Shown here piece after piece: positions 8,552-19,159 of a DNA stretch of 64,000 nt (its first letter is position 1; each line of letters starts with the position of its first letter). The stretch is taken from assembly GCA_963770915.1 (NCBI GenBank), contig CAVYRG010000002.1, positions 28,203 to 92,202 on the forward strand, written 5' to 3'. The position numbers and the translations under genes were made by a program. Source of the stretch: an uncultured Acidobacteriaceae bacterium (GTDB lineage Bacteria > Acidobacteriota > Terriglobia > Terriglobales > Acidobacteriaceae). The notes beneath the pieces were generated by a model. It was not told the DNA's origin and did no database searches. It saw only the letters and a list, made by a program, of their open reading frames with translations.

Positions 8552-9994
8552 ATGCGGCAAACTTCCATCCAGCGGCGACTGATTGCGGCGGTGCTGCTCT
8601 CGCAGCTCCTGCTGGCTGCGGGATTGGTCCTGGCCGGCGTTTTGTACACGCGGCGCCGCTTGCTTACCGCGCTCGACGCCGGCGTGCAAAGCCGCGCCAT
8701 GAGCGTGGCGGCGCTGGTACGCTATTCCGAAGATGCCAGCGGCAATGTTTATTTCGACAACACGCTCATGCCTGGGCCGCTGGATCATCACCACCCCGAC
8801 TTGTTCGCGGTTTGGGCGGAGCGATCCGGGCTCGTGGCGCGCTCCGCGAACTGGCCCGCGACGCTCGATGGGAACCCCGTCGGCCAGAAAAAACGTTGGC
8901 AGTTCATCGCTGCCGGCGTTTCCTATCGCGCGCTGCGCATCGCTCAGCTTCCTGTGCTCGATCGCGAGGAGGGTGCGAAGTTCCATCCTCAGACGGTCAC
9001 GATTTTCTATGCCGCGCCCATGCTCGCACTCGATCATGAACTTAGCGAGGCGGCGATATTCATCACACTGGCAAGCGTTGGGTTGCTGGGCATCACAGTT
9101 CTGCTGGCCTACGCCGGAATCCGGCGCGGCCTTTTGCCGCTCGAGCATCTTGCCGGGCAAGCCGCTCTGGTTTCCGTGCAGGACTGGGAATTGCGCGTGC
9201 CCGCCGACGCGCAGCAGATGGACGAATTGCGCCCGCTGGCGGAATCCATGACGCAGATGCTGGCCCGCTTGCAGCGCTCCTTCGTGCAGCAAAAAGAATT
9301 CGCCGGCAACGCCGCGCATGAACTCAAAACCCCGCTGGCGGTGCTGAAGTCCACCTTGCAGTCGCTGCTGCAGCGGCCACGGGAGGCCGAGGAGTATCGC
9401 GAAGGTCTGCAGCGGGCCCTCGAAGACATGGAGCGCCTGGAGCGGCTGTTGCAGGGTCTCTTGCGGCTGGCGCGAGCGGAACAAGGCGAATCGCAAACCG
9501 GGCCACGCATCTTGCCCGAGGTTGACCTCGCTGCAAGCTGTGAAGAAGCAATCGGACGCGTTCGCCCCTTGGCCGAGGCGCGCAACACAACAATTCAGCT
9601 TTCGACCAACGGCTGCGTGCAAGTGCAGGCCGATCCGGACGATCTGCAAGTGATCTGGGGCAATCTGCTGGAAAACGCCGTCCGCTATAGCCCGGAGGGT
9701 GGCGTGGTGGAGGTTGCCGTTGCACACAACCGGCGCGAAACCGCGCAAGTGACCGTTGTCGACCACGGCCCCGGCATCCCCGCGGCGGATTTGCCTCGCA
9801 TCTTCGACCGCTTTTATCGCGGAGACCCTTCGCGCACTCGCGCCACCGGCGGATTTGGCCTAGGTCTGGCTATCGCGAGGGCCCTTGTAGAGGCTAACGG
9901 GGGAACCATCGTGGCCGAAAGCGCTGCCGGCCGAGGGACTCGAGTCACCGTAAAATTGCCCGCAAAAGAGACGCCCGACGAGCTAAATAGCTGA
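8552..9994 (+). CDS. sensor histidine kinase (two TM segments, HAMP, HisKA, HATPase)
   Basis: H-box FAGNAAHELKTPLA, N-box GNLLENAVRYSP, G-boxes DHGPGIP and GGFGLGLAI. Confidence 0.9.
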   Translation: MRQTSIQRRLIAAVLLSQLLLAAGLVLAGVLYTRRRLLTALDAGVQSRAMSVAALVRYSEDASGNVYFDNTLMPGPLDHHHPDLFAVWAERSGLVARSANWPATLDGNPVGQKKRWQFIAAGVSYRALRIAQLPVLDREEGAKFHPQTVTIFYAAPMLALDHELSEAAIFITLASVGLLGITVLLAYAGIRRGLLPLEHLAGQAALVSVQDWELRVPADAQQMDELRPLAESMTQMLARLQRSFVQQKEFAGNAAHELKTPLAVLKSTLQSLLQRPREAEEYREGLQRALEDMERLERLLQGLLRLARAEQGESQTGPRILPEVDLAASCEEAIGRVRPLAEARNTTIQLSTNGCVQVQADPDDLQVIWGNLLENAVRYSPEGGVVEVAVAHNRRETAQVTVVDHGPGIPAADLPRIFDRFYRGDPSRTRATGGFGLGLAIARALVEANGGTIVAESAAGRGTRVTVKLPAKETPDELNS

Positions 9995-10293
9995 TTGCGG
10001 ACAATTTTCGCCGGAAAAACCTTGTCAAGAGGCATTTCGTGAAGAATTTTGGCTATCTCACACATATCATTGGAAATATAAAGTTCGAAGGCATGTCCCA
10101 TTTACCCCCTTCGATTTGCTAAGCTGGAATTAGATCAGGTTGTTCTGGTTCGGCGAACCCTGGCCGCCAGGAATTTCAACCGACACCAAGGTTTGCCGGT
10201 TCGGTTGCAACGCGACATACTTCAGGTTCCCTTAATCTTGCTTCCATCAACATTGCAGTTTTGAACTTAGCTGCTTGCAGCGAGGGGGATGCT

Positions 10294-11691
10294 ATGACGA
10301 TTGCGCGCTCGTCTCTCGGAAATTGCCTGCGCGGTTGCGGGCTGGCGCTGGCAGTGAGTGCGGCGGTGGCGGCATTGGCTCAAAGTCAGGCGGCTCCGGT
10401 GGATGTGAGCGCCGATGCGAACGCGACTGCCAGCCAGGCTCCGCTGACTTTGACGCTGCAGGACGCATTAGCCCGGGCGCAGAAAAACGATCCGCAGTTC
10501 CAGGCGGCGGTTACGGCGGCGAAGCTCGCGCACGAGGATCGGATTCAGGCCCGCGCGGCGCTTTTGCCTTCGGTCAGCGCCACCGCGCAGGAACTGCTTA
10601 CGCAAGGCAACGGCGTCACTCCCAACGGGCGGTTTGTCACCAACGACGGCGTACACGTCTACCGCGGCTGGGGAGTTCTGCACCAGGATCTGAGCCTCAA
10701 CACGCTTACCCTCGCCGGTTATCACGGGATGGGGGCGGCGGAGGCCGTGGCGCGAGCGCAACAGGAAATCGCTCTCCGTGGGCTAAAAGTCACGGTGACA
10801 CAGGCCTATTACGCGCTGGTTGCCGGGCAGCGCAAGTACGGCACCGCGCAACAGAGCCGCGATCAGGCCGAGCACTTCCTGAAGATCAGCCAGGAAATGG
10901 AAAAGCAGGGACAAGTCGCGCACAGCGATGTGGTCAAGTTCCAGATTCAGTTCAATCAGCAGGAGCAAGCGTTTGAAGAGGCGCGGCTGGCCATGGACAA
11001 CGCGCGCCTGGGTTTGGCTGTGCTGCTGTTTTCCAACTTCAACCAGAACTTTAGCGTGGTCGATGACCTGGACAATGCGCAACCCTTGCCGGCCCTTGCC
11101 GAAGTGCAAGCCCTAGCCGGGCAGAACAATCCTCAGTTGGCGGCGGCGTTGGCCAGCCTTCGGCAGTCGAGCGCGAATGTTTCGGTGGCGCGGGCGGCGT
11201 TTTTTCCTTCGCTCAGCGTGGATGTGGATTATGGCATTGAGGCCAACGCCTTCGCGCTTCGCAGCGTGAACCTCGGGTTCCCCGAAGCTGGCCGTCTGCC
11301 TAACCTCGGCTACTTTGCAACCCTGGCGCTGAACGTGCCGGTGTGGGATTGGGGAAGCCTACGGAGTAAGCTGCATCAGGCGGAGGACCGAAGAGATCAA
11401 GCGCGGCTCGAATTGACGTTCGCGCAGCGCGAGCTGCTGGGCAATCTGTACGCGAGTTACAACGAGGCGAAGACGGCTCGGTCGGAGGGTGACATTCTGC
11501 GCAGCTCCGCTGATCTCGCGGCCGATAGCCTGCGGCTGACTACGCTGCGCTATCAGGCCGGGGAAGCGACGGTGCTCGAGGTGGTGGATGCGCAGAATAC
11601 GCTGACCCTGTCGCGCAATGCATTCGATGACGGGCAGGTGCGGTATCGTGTGGCGCTGGCGAATTTGCAGACGCTGACGGGGAATTTCTGA
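10294..11691 (+). CDS. TolC-family outer membrane efflux protein
   Basis: ATG at 10294 preceded by GAGGGGG. Signal peptide ending ALAQSQA. Two-repeat OEP-type sequence. First gene of an OMF-MFP-RND operon. Confidence 0.88.
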   Translation: MTIARSSLGNCLRGCGLALAVSAAVAALAQSQAAPVDVSADANATASQAPLTLTLQDALARAQKNDPQFQAAVTAAKLAHEDRIQARAALLPSVSATAQELLTQGNGVTPNGRFVTNDGVHVYRGWGVLHQDLSLNTLTLAGYHGMGAAEAVARAQQEIALRGLKVTVTQAYYALVAGQRKYGTAQQSRDQAEHFLKISQEMEKQGQVAHSDVVKFQIQFNQQEQAFEEARLAMDNARLGLAVLLFSNFNQNFSVVDDLDNAQPLPALAEVQALAGQNNPQLAAALASLRQSSANVSVARAAFFPSLSVDVDYGIEANAFALRSVNLGFPEAGRLPNLGYFATLALNVPVWDWGSLRSKLHQAEDRRDQARLELTFAQRELLGNLYASYNEAKTARSEGDILRSSADLAADSLRLTTLRYQAGEATVLEVVDAQNTLTLSRNAFDDGQVRYRVALANLQTLTGNF

Positions 11692-13034
11692 TGACACTTC
11701 TCCCGGTTGCCATTCCGAGACTGAGCGCAGCGAAGCGGAGGAATCTGCTTTTGTTTCGCGCTGGCGAGAAAGCAGATTCCTCGCGCCAGAACCGGGCGCT
11801 GGGAATGACAATCCTGGTGGGAGCGTTGACGGGGCTGGCAGTTTTCCTCGTGGGCTGCAGCAACGAGGCGCCCGCGAAGGAAGCCGCGGTTGCAGTGCAG
11901 GTGGTGACCGCGCAGAAAACATCCATCCAGCGCGTGGTCACGGCGGAGGCGGTGCTCTTCCCTCTTCAACAATCGGCGCTTACGCCCAAGGTCAGCGCTC
12001 CGGTGAAGAAGTTCTACGTGAATCGCGGCAGCCACGTGCATCGCGGGCAGTTGCTGGCGGTGCTGGAGAATCAGGATCTGGCGGCGGCGGCGCAGGATAC
12101 GAAAGGCTCTTACGACCAGGCGCAGGCTGTGTACGAAACAACGACCGCGGCGGCGGTGCCGGAAGAAATCCAAAAGGCAACTTTGGACGCGCAGGCGGCG
12201 AAGCAGCTTTTCGACGCACAGCAGAAGGTTTACAGCAGCCGGCAGGAGCTTTATCGGCAAGGGGCCATGCCGCGAAAGGATCTCGACCAGGCCGGCGTGG
12301 ACCTGGCCAACGCCCGAACTCTGTACGAGGTTGCGCAAAAGCATCTGGAAGCGCTATTGGCAATTGGGAAGAGAGAGGAATTGAAGGCGGCAGCGGGGCA
12401 GCTGGAGTCGGCGAAGGGAAAATATTTGGGAGCGGCAGCTGCGCTTGGCTATTCGGAGATTCGCAGTCCCATCGACGGAGTAGTGACGGATCGGCCGCTC
12501 TATCCGGGAGAGATGGCCACGGCGGGCGCTCCGCTGCTGATCGTGATGGACATTTCCCAGGTGATCGCCAAGGCGCACATCCCACAAGCGGACGCTGCGA
12601 TGCTCAAGGTGGGAGATTCGGCGACCATCGCGGTTCCCGGCGAGGATGGGCCGGTGGAAGGGCGCGTGACGGTGATCAGCCCGGCGCTTGACCCGAACAG
12701 CACAACGGTTGAGGTTTGGGTGCAGGCCAAGAATCCTGCTGGGCGCTTGCGGCCGGGAACGAGCGTGCAGCTTTCCATGGAGGCGCAAACGGTGGCGGAT
12801 GCGGTGGTGATTCCGGGCGCTTGCCTGCTTGCGGCGCCAGATGGAAGCACTACGGTGATGCTGGCGGGAACGGATGGCAAGGCGCATCAGCAGACGGTGA
12901 AGGTCGGAATTCGGCAGGGCAATAGCGTGCAGATCGTCGAGGGCGTGAAGACGGGAGACCGCGTGGTGGGGGCGGGCGCTTATGGGTTGCCGGATGGCGC
13001 CAAGATCAAGGCGGAGGGCGGCGATGCCCAATAG
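11691..13034 (+). CDS. efflux RND periplasmic adaptor (MFP) lipoprotein; alternative start at ATG 11805
   Basis: ATG 11691 shares its A with the TolC stop (TGATG). Lipobox LAVFLVGC. HlyD/MFP-like barrel-sandwich sequence. ATG 11805 lies in the terminal GGAATGACA of repeat B2. Confidence 0.85.
   Translation: MTLLPVAIPRLSAAKRRNLLLFRAGEKADSSRQNRALGMTILVGALTGLAVFLVGCSNEAPAKEAAVAVQVVTAQKTSIQRVVTAEAVLFPLQQSALTPKVSAPVKKFYVNRGSHVHRGQLLAVLENQDLAAAAQDTKGSYDQAQAVYETTTAAAVPEEIQKATLDAQAAKQLFDAQQKVYSSRQELYRQGAMPRKDLDQAGVDLANARTLYEVAQKHLEALLAIGKREELKAAAGQLESAKGKYLGAAAALGYSEIRSPIDGVVTDRPLYPGEMATAGAPLLIVMDISQVIAKAHIPQADAAMLKVGDSATIAVPGEDGPVEGRVTVISPALDPNSTTVEVWVQAKNPAGRLRPGTSVQLSMEAQTVADAVVIPGACLLAAPDGSTTVMLAGTDGKAHQQTVKVGIRQGNSVQIVEGVKTGDRVVGAGAYGLPDGAKIKAEGGDAQ
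11707..11811. repeat. family-B MITE-like repeat, copy B2, inside the 5' end of the adaptor-subunit ORF
   Basis: TTGCCATTCCGAG...GAGGAATCTGC...GCAGATTCCTCGCGCC...GGGAATGACAA, colinear with B1 and B3. 105 bp as delimited by that alignment. Confidence 0.85.
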
Positions 13035-13044
13035 CCCGATTCTC

Positions 13045-13079
13045 AACACAGAGGACACAGAGTGCACAGAGGAGCACGG
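13045..13079. repeat. family-C short repeat (CACAGAGGACACAGAG type), copy C1
   Basis: AACACAGAGGACACAGAGTGCACAGAGGAGCACGG resembles the copies at 25164-25194 and, in reverse orientation, 60644-60673. Confidence 0.6.
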
Positions 13080-16000
13080 CCGGTGAGCGCTCCTGTGGGC
13101 TCCTACTGGTTTGCGAAGCACTCGAAGCCGGTAATCTTTCTGATTTTGACGCTGGCGCTGCTGGGCGCGTACCTGGCTTTCACGATTCCCGTTTCGGTTT
13201 TCCCGGAAACGAACTTTCCCCGCATCCTGGTTGCCGTCGACAACGGCGTGATGCCAATCGACCAAATGATGGTCACCATCACGCGGCCCCTCGAAGAAGC
13301 AGTGAACAGCGTGCCCGGGTTGCAGTCGGTGCGGTCGATCACCAGCCGGGGATCGGCGGAGATTGATCTCTTCTTCGACTGGAATGTGGACATCTTCCAG
13401 ACGCTGCAGTACGTGGATGCGGCGCTTTCGCGCGTACAGCCCGATCTGCCGCCGACGGCGAGCGTGGTGGCGCATCGCATGACGTTTGCCAGTTTTCCGA
13501 TTCTCGGCTACAGCCTGACTTCGAGCACCATCCCGCAGACGCAACTCTGGGAAATGGCGACCTACGACCTGAAGCCGCGGCTGAACCGGGTGAATGGCGT
13601 TGCGACGGTGGTGGTGCAGGGCGGGCAGGAGCCGGAGTTCCACGTCACGCCCGATACGGCGAAGCTGCTGACGGCGGGAGTCACGATAACCGACATTCTG
13701 GATGCTCTGCAGCGCACAAACCTGATCGACTCGCCGGGGCTTCTCCAGCGCAACCATCAACTGGAGCTGGGTCTGGTGAGCGGGCAGGTGCGTGACCCAC
13801 AGCAGATCGCCAATATCGTGGTCAAGACAACAACGGCGGGCGTGCCGGTTCGCGTGGGAGACGTGGCGACGGTGCAGGCGGGAGTGCGGCCGGTTTACAC
13901 GATCGTCACCGCAAATGGGCAACCGGCGGTGCTGCTGAACATCAATCGGCAGCCGGATAGCAACACGGTGCAAGTGGCGGATGGCGTGCACGCGGAAATT
14001 GAAAACATTCGCAAATCTCTGCCGCCGGGGGTGGAGATTCGGCCTTTCTACGATCAGTCGCTCATCGTGACGGAATCGATCAAGAGCGTGCGCGACGCGA
14101 TTTTGATTGGGTTGATTCTGGCTTCGATCATCCTGGTGGTTTTTCTGCGCGATTGGGGAACATCGATCGTAGCCGGGCTGGTGATTCCAGTGACGGTGCT
14201 GGTGACGTTTGTGGCGCTGAAGTTGATGCACGAGAGCTTCAACCTGATGACGCTGGGCGGGCTGGCGGCGGCGGTCGGACTGGTGATTGATGACGCGATC
14301 GTCGTCGTGGAGAACATCGTGCTGCATCGCGATGCCGGGCAGGGGCGGCTGCAGGCCATCCATAGCGCCTTGCAGGAGATCACGATTCCGCTGGTGGGGT
14401 CGACGATCACGCCCATTGTGGTGTTTCTGCCGCTGATTTCGATCACCGGGGTGACCGGGACATTTTTTCGCGCGCTGGCGGTGACCATGGCGGTCTCGCT
14501 TGTGACTTCCTTGGCGTTGGCGCTGACCTGGACGCCGAACTTGAGCCAGTACCTGATCGGAAAACACGAGTCTGCGGCCGACACCGGCGCCGAACCCGAA
14601 GAGGAGGTCCTCTCGCGCCTTTTGGCGGTCGAGGAGCGCAGCTTAGGTCCGACGTTTCGCAGAGTCGTGGATTTTCATCAGCGCTGGCTGCGGCGGGCGT
14701 TGGAAAAGCCGCGATGGCTGGTTGGATTCAGCATGATCTTGATCGTTGCGTCCTACGTTTGCTATCGGTTCTCAGGGTCGGATTTGTTGCCGGCGATGGA
14801 TGAAGGCGGATTCGTTCTGGATTACATCATGCCGGCGGGGAGTTCGCTGGAGGAGACGAATCGCACGGTCGACCAGGTAGAGAAGATTCTGCGCGGGATT
14901 CCCGAAGTGGAAAGCACTTCGCGGAGGACCGGGCTGCAGCTGGGGTTGGCGGCGGTGACCGAAGCGAACACCGGGGACATTTCCGTGAAACTGAAAGACA
15001 AGCGCAGTCGCGGGATTGACGAAATCATGGCGGAAGTGCGCGAAAAGGTTGGGCAGCAGGTTCCGGCGATGGATATTGAACTCACGCAGGTGCTGCAGGA
15101 CATGATTAGCGATTTGACCGGCGCGCCGGAAGATATCCAGATCAAAATGTTCTCGCCGGATGCGAATTTGCTGGCGCAGTGGGCGCCGAAAGTCGCCGAT
15201 TCGATTGGCAAGATTGACGGCGTGGTGGATGTGTTGAACGGGATCGACAACACCATCAGCGGGCCGGCGGTGGTGTTTCAGGTGAACCCGAGCGTGGCGG
15301 CGCGGGCGGGATTCACTCCGCAGGAGGTTGCGACCGACGCGGCGGCGGTGCTGGAAGGCGAGCCGGCGGCTACGCCGGTGGTAGCGAATGATCGGGCCTA
15401 TACGCTGCGGGTACGGTTTCCGGCGGCGGACCGGGCGTCGCTGGAGGCCATGCGCGACACGCTGCTGACGAGCAGTTCAGGGCACACTGCGACTTTAGGA
15501 GCGCTGGCGACGATTTCCGAATTGCCAGGACAGACAGAGATCTTGCGGGAGAACCTGCAGCGCGACGTTGCAGTGACGGCGCGGCTGGAAGGCACGAACC
15601 TGGGCAGCGGAATGGCGAGCGTGATGAAGACGGTGGATGCGATGCATCTTCCCGCGAGCATTCGGGTGGAGTATGGCGGGAAGTACGCGGAGCAGCAGCG
15701 GTCGTTCCACGATTTGGCGTTTGTGTTGATATTGGCGATTTTGCTGGTGTTCATCGTGCTGCTGTTTGAGTTTGGGTCGTTTGCGGCGCCGGTTGCGATT
15801 CTGGCTTCGGCGCTGCTTTCGACTTCGGGGGTGTTCATTGCGCTGGTGATCACGCGAACGACGTTCAATGTTTCGTCGTTCATGGGGATGATTATGGTGA
15901 TTGGGATTGTGGCGAAGAACGGGATTTTGCTTTTGGATGCGGATCAGAAATTTCGCAAGCTGGGGCTATCGGCGGAGGAGGCGATGTTGCAGGCCAGCAG

Positions 16001-16221
16001 CCGAAGGTTGCGTCCGATTGTGATGACGGCGCTGGCGGCGGTGGCGGGAATGCTGCCTTTGGCGTTCGCGTTAGGCGCGGGGTCACAGATGTTGCAGCCG
16101 CTTGGCGATTGCGGTGATTGGCGGGATTTTGATTTCGATGGTGCTGTCGCTGGTGATTACGCCGGCGGTGCATTACTTTCTGGCGAGGGGGCGTGCAACG
16201 GAGGTTACGGCCGGTCAATAG
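13062..16221 (+). pseudogene. efflux RND permease (AcrB/CzcA superfamily), frame broken by an apparent 1-nt insertion near 16101-16103
   Basis: About 1010 aa of RND-like sequence in frame 0 up to ...GAGSQMLQP. The expected C-terminus LAIAVIGGILISMVLSLVITPAVHYFLARGRATEVTAGQ is in the +1 frame and stops at 16219-16221. The track ORF tail 16222-16625 is non-homologous and overlaps the convergent gene. The true start may be GTG 13062 or 13084. Confidence 0.85.
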
Positions 16222-16886
16222 GATTCGATCTCACCGACCGCGATGTGAGAAGCGGTCGAATTCGAGTATCGAACCTCGATCCAGGACGTCTTGTCGAAGT
16301 AGGGATCGTCCCTTACGTCCCAATTGTTGTTGGTTTTGAAGTTCTTTATTTCGTTTTCTGTCATTTTCCGGCGGCAGACATATTCATACTTCGTCGAGCG
16401 CAGGTTCTTATGGGAGGGTTTGCCCGCGATCCGCTGCAGGCGTTCCCTGCTCAGTCCGAGTTTAAGTCCACTCTGCGTGGAAATTGCGCGCGAGACAACG
16501 TCGGAAGGGGTACATTGCGAACGCTGTTGAAATCCCGCGCCTGTCGCCCAAAGCGCAAACTCGGTTATGTCGACCCAGCCTCCCATCGCCCCCGAGTAGA
16601 AGGCGAGAATGGTGCCGTCGGTTGACGAGACGTAGCACACAAAAATGTCGCTCTCTTCCTCTTTTGAGGCTCGGAAGACTTTTGCAACTCCGAGTTTCGC
16701 TTGAACGTCCTTAAGGGATGCATGGCCAATCCTGAATCCAAGAATGGTCGCGTCGGTGTCGCTGATCTCGGTTCTCGCCACGCCGCTTGCTGTGCAATCC
16801 GGTTCGTCTTTGGGAAGTTTTTGGGCTGTCGATGAGGCGACAATCGAGAGCACTACGAGCAGCATGGCAGGATGGAAACGATTCAT
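16215..16886 (-). CDS. hypothetical secreted protein
   Basis: 223 aa with signal peptide MNRFHPAMLLVVLSIVASSTAQ. Looks more AT-rich than neighbours by eye. No family recognised. Confidence 0.6.
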   Translation of the reverse strand: MNRFHPAMLLVVLSIVASSTAQKLPKDEPDCTASGVARTEISDTDATILGFRIGHASLKDVQAKLGVAKVFRASKEEESDIFVCYVSSTDGTILAFYSGAMGGWVDITEFALWATGAGFQQRSQCTPSDVVSRAISTQSGLKLGLSRERLQRIAGKPSHKNLRSTKYEYVCRRKMTENEIKNFKTNNNWDVRDDPYFDKTSWIEVRYSNSTASHIAVGEIESY

Positions 16887-16950
16887 GCTTCTGGGATAGT
16901 AGCGCGCTGGCTGGGCGTCTAGAAGATTACCTTAGGGTATTTTCGGAACG

Positions 16951-17093
16951 CACAAGGTCCCTCGACTGCGCAGGGCGATTCGCGTTGCGAATCGTCCTGC
17001 TGCGCTCGGGATGACAGGGCGTGGTTAGGGTAGGGATGCTTCGACTGCGAGTGAGCCTCGCGAAGCGAGGCTCACTCTTCGCTCAGCATGACA
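16951..17093. repeat. family-A repeat, copy A3, with an extra internal hairpin module, downstream of the esterase gene
   Basis: CACAAGGTCCCTCGACTGCGC...TCGGGATGACAG...GGGATGCTTCGACTGCGAGTGAGCCTCGCGAAGCGAGGCTCAC...CGCTCAGCATGACA. Colinear with 18036-18143 apart from a roughly 35-nt insertion. Confidence 0.85.
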
Positions 17094-17111
17094 TGGGTTG
17101 CGGTGGGCCTC

Positions 17112-17999
17112 TCAGTGCAGGTGGCTCTGGAGGCTTTGGAATACATTCGGCAGGCGGGCGTTCCATTGATTCCAGTCATGGCCGCCGGGGCCGGCGTGGA
17201 ATTCGTATTGAAAATGTCGTTGCTGCAATAACGCGGCGAACTTGCGGTTTGCCGGCAGGAGCCCTTCTCCATCTCCGCAGGTCAGATAAAAGTAGGGCAT
17301 TCGGCTAACGTCCACGGTGCGGGCGAGTACGAACGGATCGTTGTCGCGTCGCGCCTGACTTCCCCAGGGGCCGAAGATGGCGGCGTGGCCGCGGTATTGA
17401 CCGATGCGTTTGATTGAAAACGGACGACTGGGAACGTCGATCGCGGAACTGATCCCGGCGGCAAAGACGAACCAGTCGGGATGTTTAAGAGACAGATTTA
17501 TTGCGCCAAACCCGCCCATGGAGACTCCGACGATCGCGCGTTGTGCGCGAGTTGAAGCGACGGGAAATCTGGCTTCCACATCGGAAATCAGGTCCTTTAC
17601 GATGTAGTCCTCGTAGCGGTCGGCGGGCCTTTTGACAGCGTTCACATAGTAAGAAGAGTTGCCCTCGGGCATGACGAGGATCAGATTGTTCTCGGCGAAG
17701 CGGGCGACATCGGAATCGTTGGTCCATTCGCGAAAGTCGCCGCCGCCGCCGTGCAACAGGTAGACGACCGGGAGTTTTGTGCCCGGCGGGATGTTTGCCG
17801 GCAGCACAACGCGGTAAGGCATATCGCGATTGAGCGCGGCGCTGTGAAACGTGACATCGCGCATGACAACGTTGCACGTGAGGCGCGGATGGTCGGGCCT
17901 GGGCGGGGTTGGCTTATGGCACGCGGAGGAAAGCAGGAGAAGAGCCAGCAGTCCGATTTCAAATCGACGTCGCAACATGAGGCGATCGTACTCCTGCAT
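17112..17999 (-). CDS. esterase-family alpha/beta hydrolase (esterase D-like), exported
   Basis: 295 aa. Hydrophobic N-terminus, YLLHGGGGDFREW, and nucleophile elbow GVSMGG. Confidence 0.85.
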   Translation of the reverse strand: MQEYDRLMLRRRFEIGLLALLLLSSACHKPTPPRPDHPRLTCNVVMRDVTFHSAALNRDMPYRVVLPANIPPGTKLPVVYLLHGGGGDFREWTNDSDVARFAENNLILVMPEGNSSYYVNAVKRPADRYEDYIVKDLISDVEARFPVASTRAQRAIVGVSMGGFGAINLSLKHPDWFVFAAGISSAIDVPSRPFSIKRIGQYRGHAAIFGPWGSQARRDNDPFVLARTVDVSRMPYFYLTCGDGEGLLPANRKFAALLQQRHFQYEFHAGPGGHDWNQWNARLPNVFQSLQSHLH

Positions 18000-18035
18000 T
18001 CAGACGGCAGGGCAATGCGGTCATTGGAAGGTAAA

Positions 18036-18143
18036 CACAAGGTCCCTCGGCTGCGCTCGGGATGACAGTTCGTGGTGGGGTAGGGATGCTTCGACTGCGA
18101 GAGAGCCTCGCTTCGCGAGGCTCACTGTTCGCTCAGCATGACA
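18036..18143. repeat. family-A repeat, copy A4, between the mdh stop and the esterase start
   Basis: Same orientation and near-identical sequence to A3 (CACAAGGTCCCTCGGCTGCGCTCGGGATGACAG...CGCTCAGCATGACA). Confidence 0.85.
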
Positions 18144-18148
18144 AAACG

Positions 18149-19159
<1,011 letters not shown>

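Noticed and set aside
8471-9766. 431-aa minus-strand ORF antisense to the histidine kinase. The same situation applies at 2879..3628, 29825..31063 and 62170..63279.
   Set aside because: In each case the opposite strand carries a protein with diagnostic motifs, so these are GC-driven open frames.
9814-10101. 95-aa minus-strand ORF at the 3' end of the kinase gene
   Set aside because: Two thirds of it overlaps the kinase coding region in antisense, and the remainder has no support.
12354-14567. 737-aa minus-strand ORF antisense to the adaptor and RND genes
   Set aside because: It is extremely Arg/His/Gln-rich, low-complexity sequence opposite two clear efflux genes.
16222-16625. 3' tail of track ORF 13062..16625
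   Set aside because: The tail is created by the frameshift in the RND gene, has no RND similarity, and overlaps the convergent secreted-protein gene.
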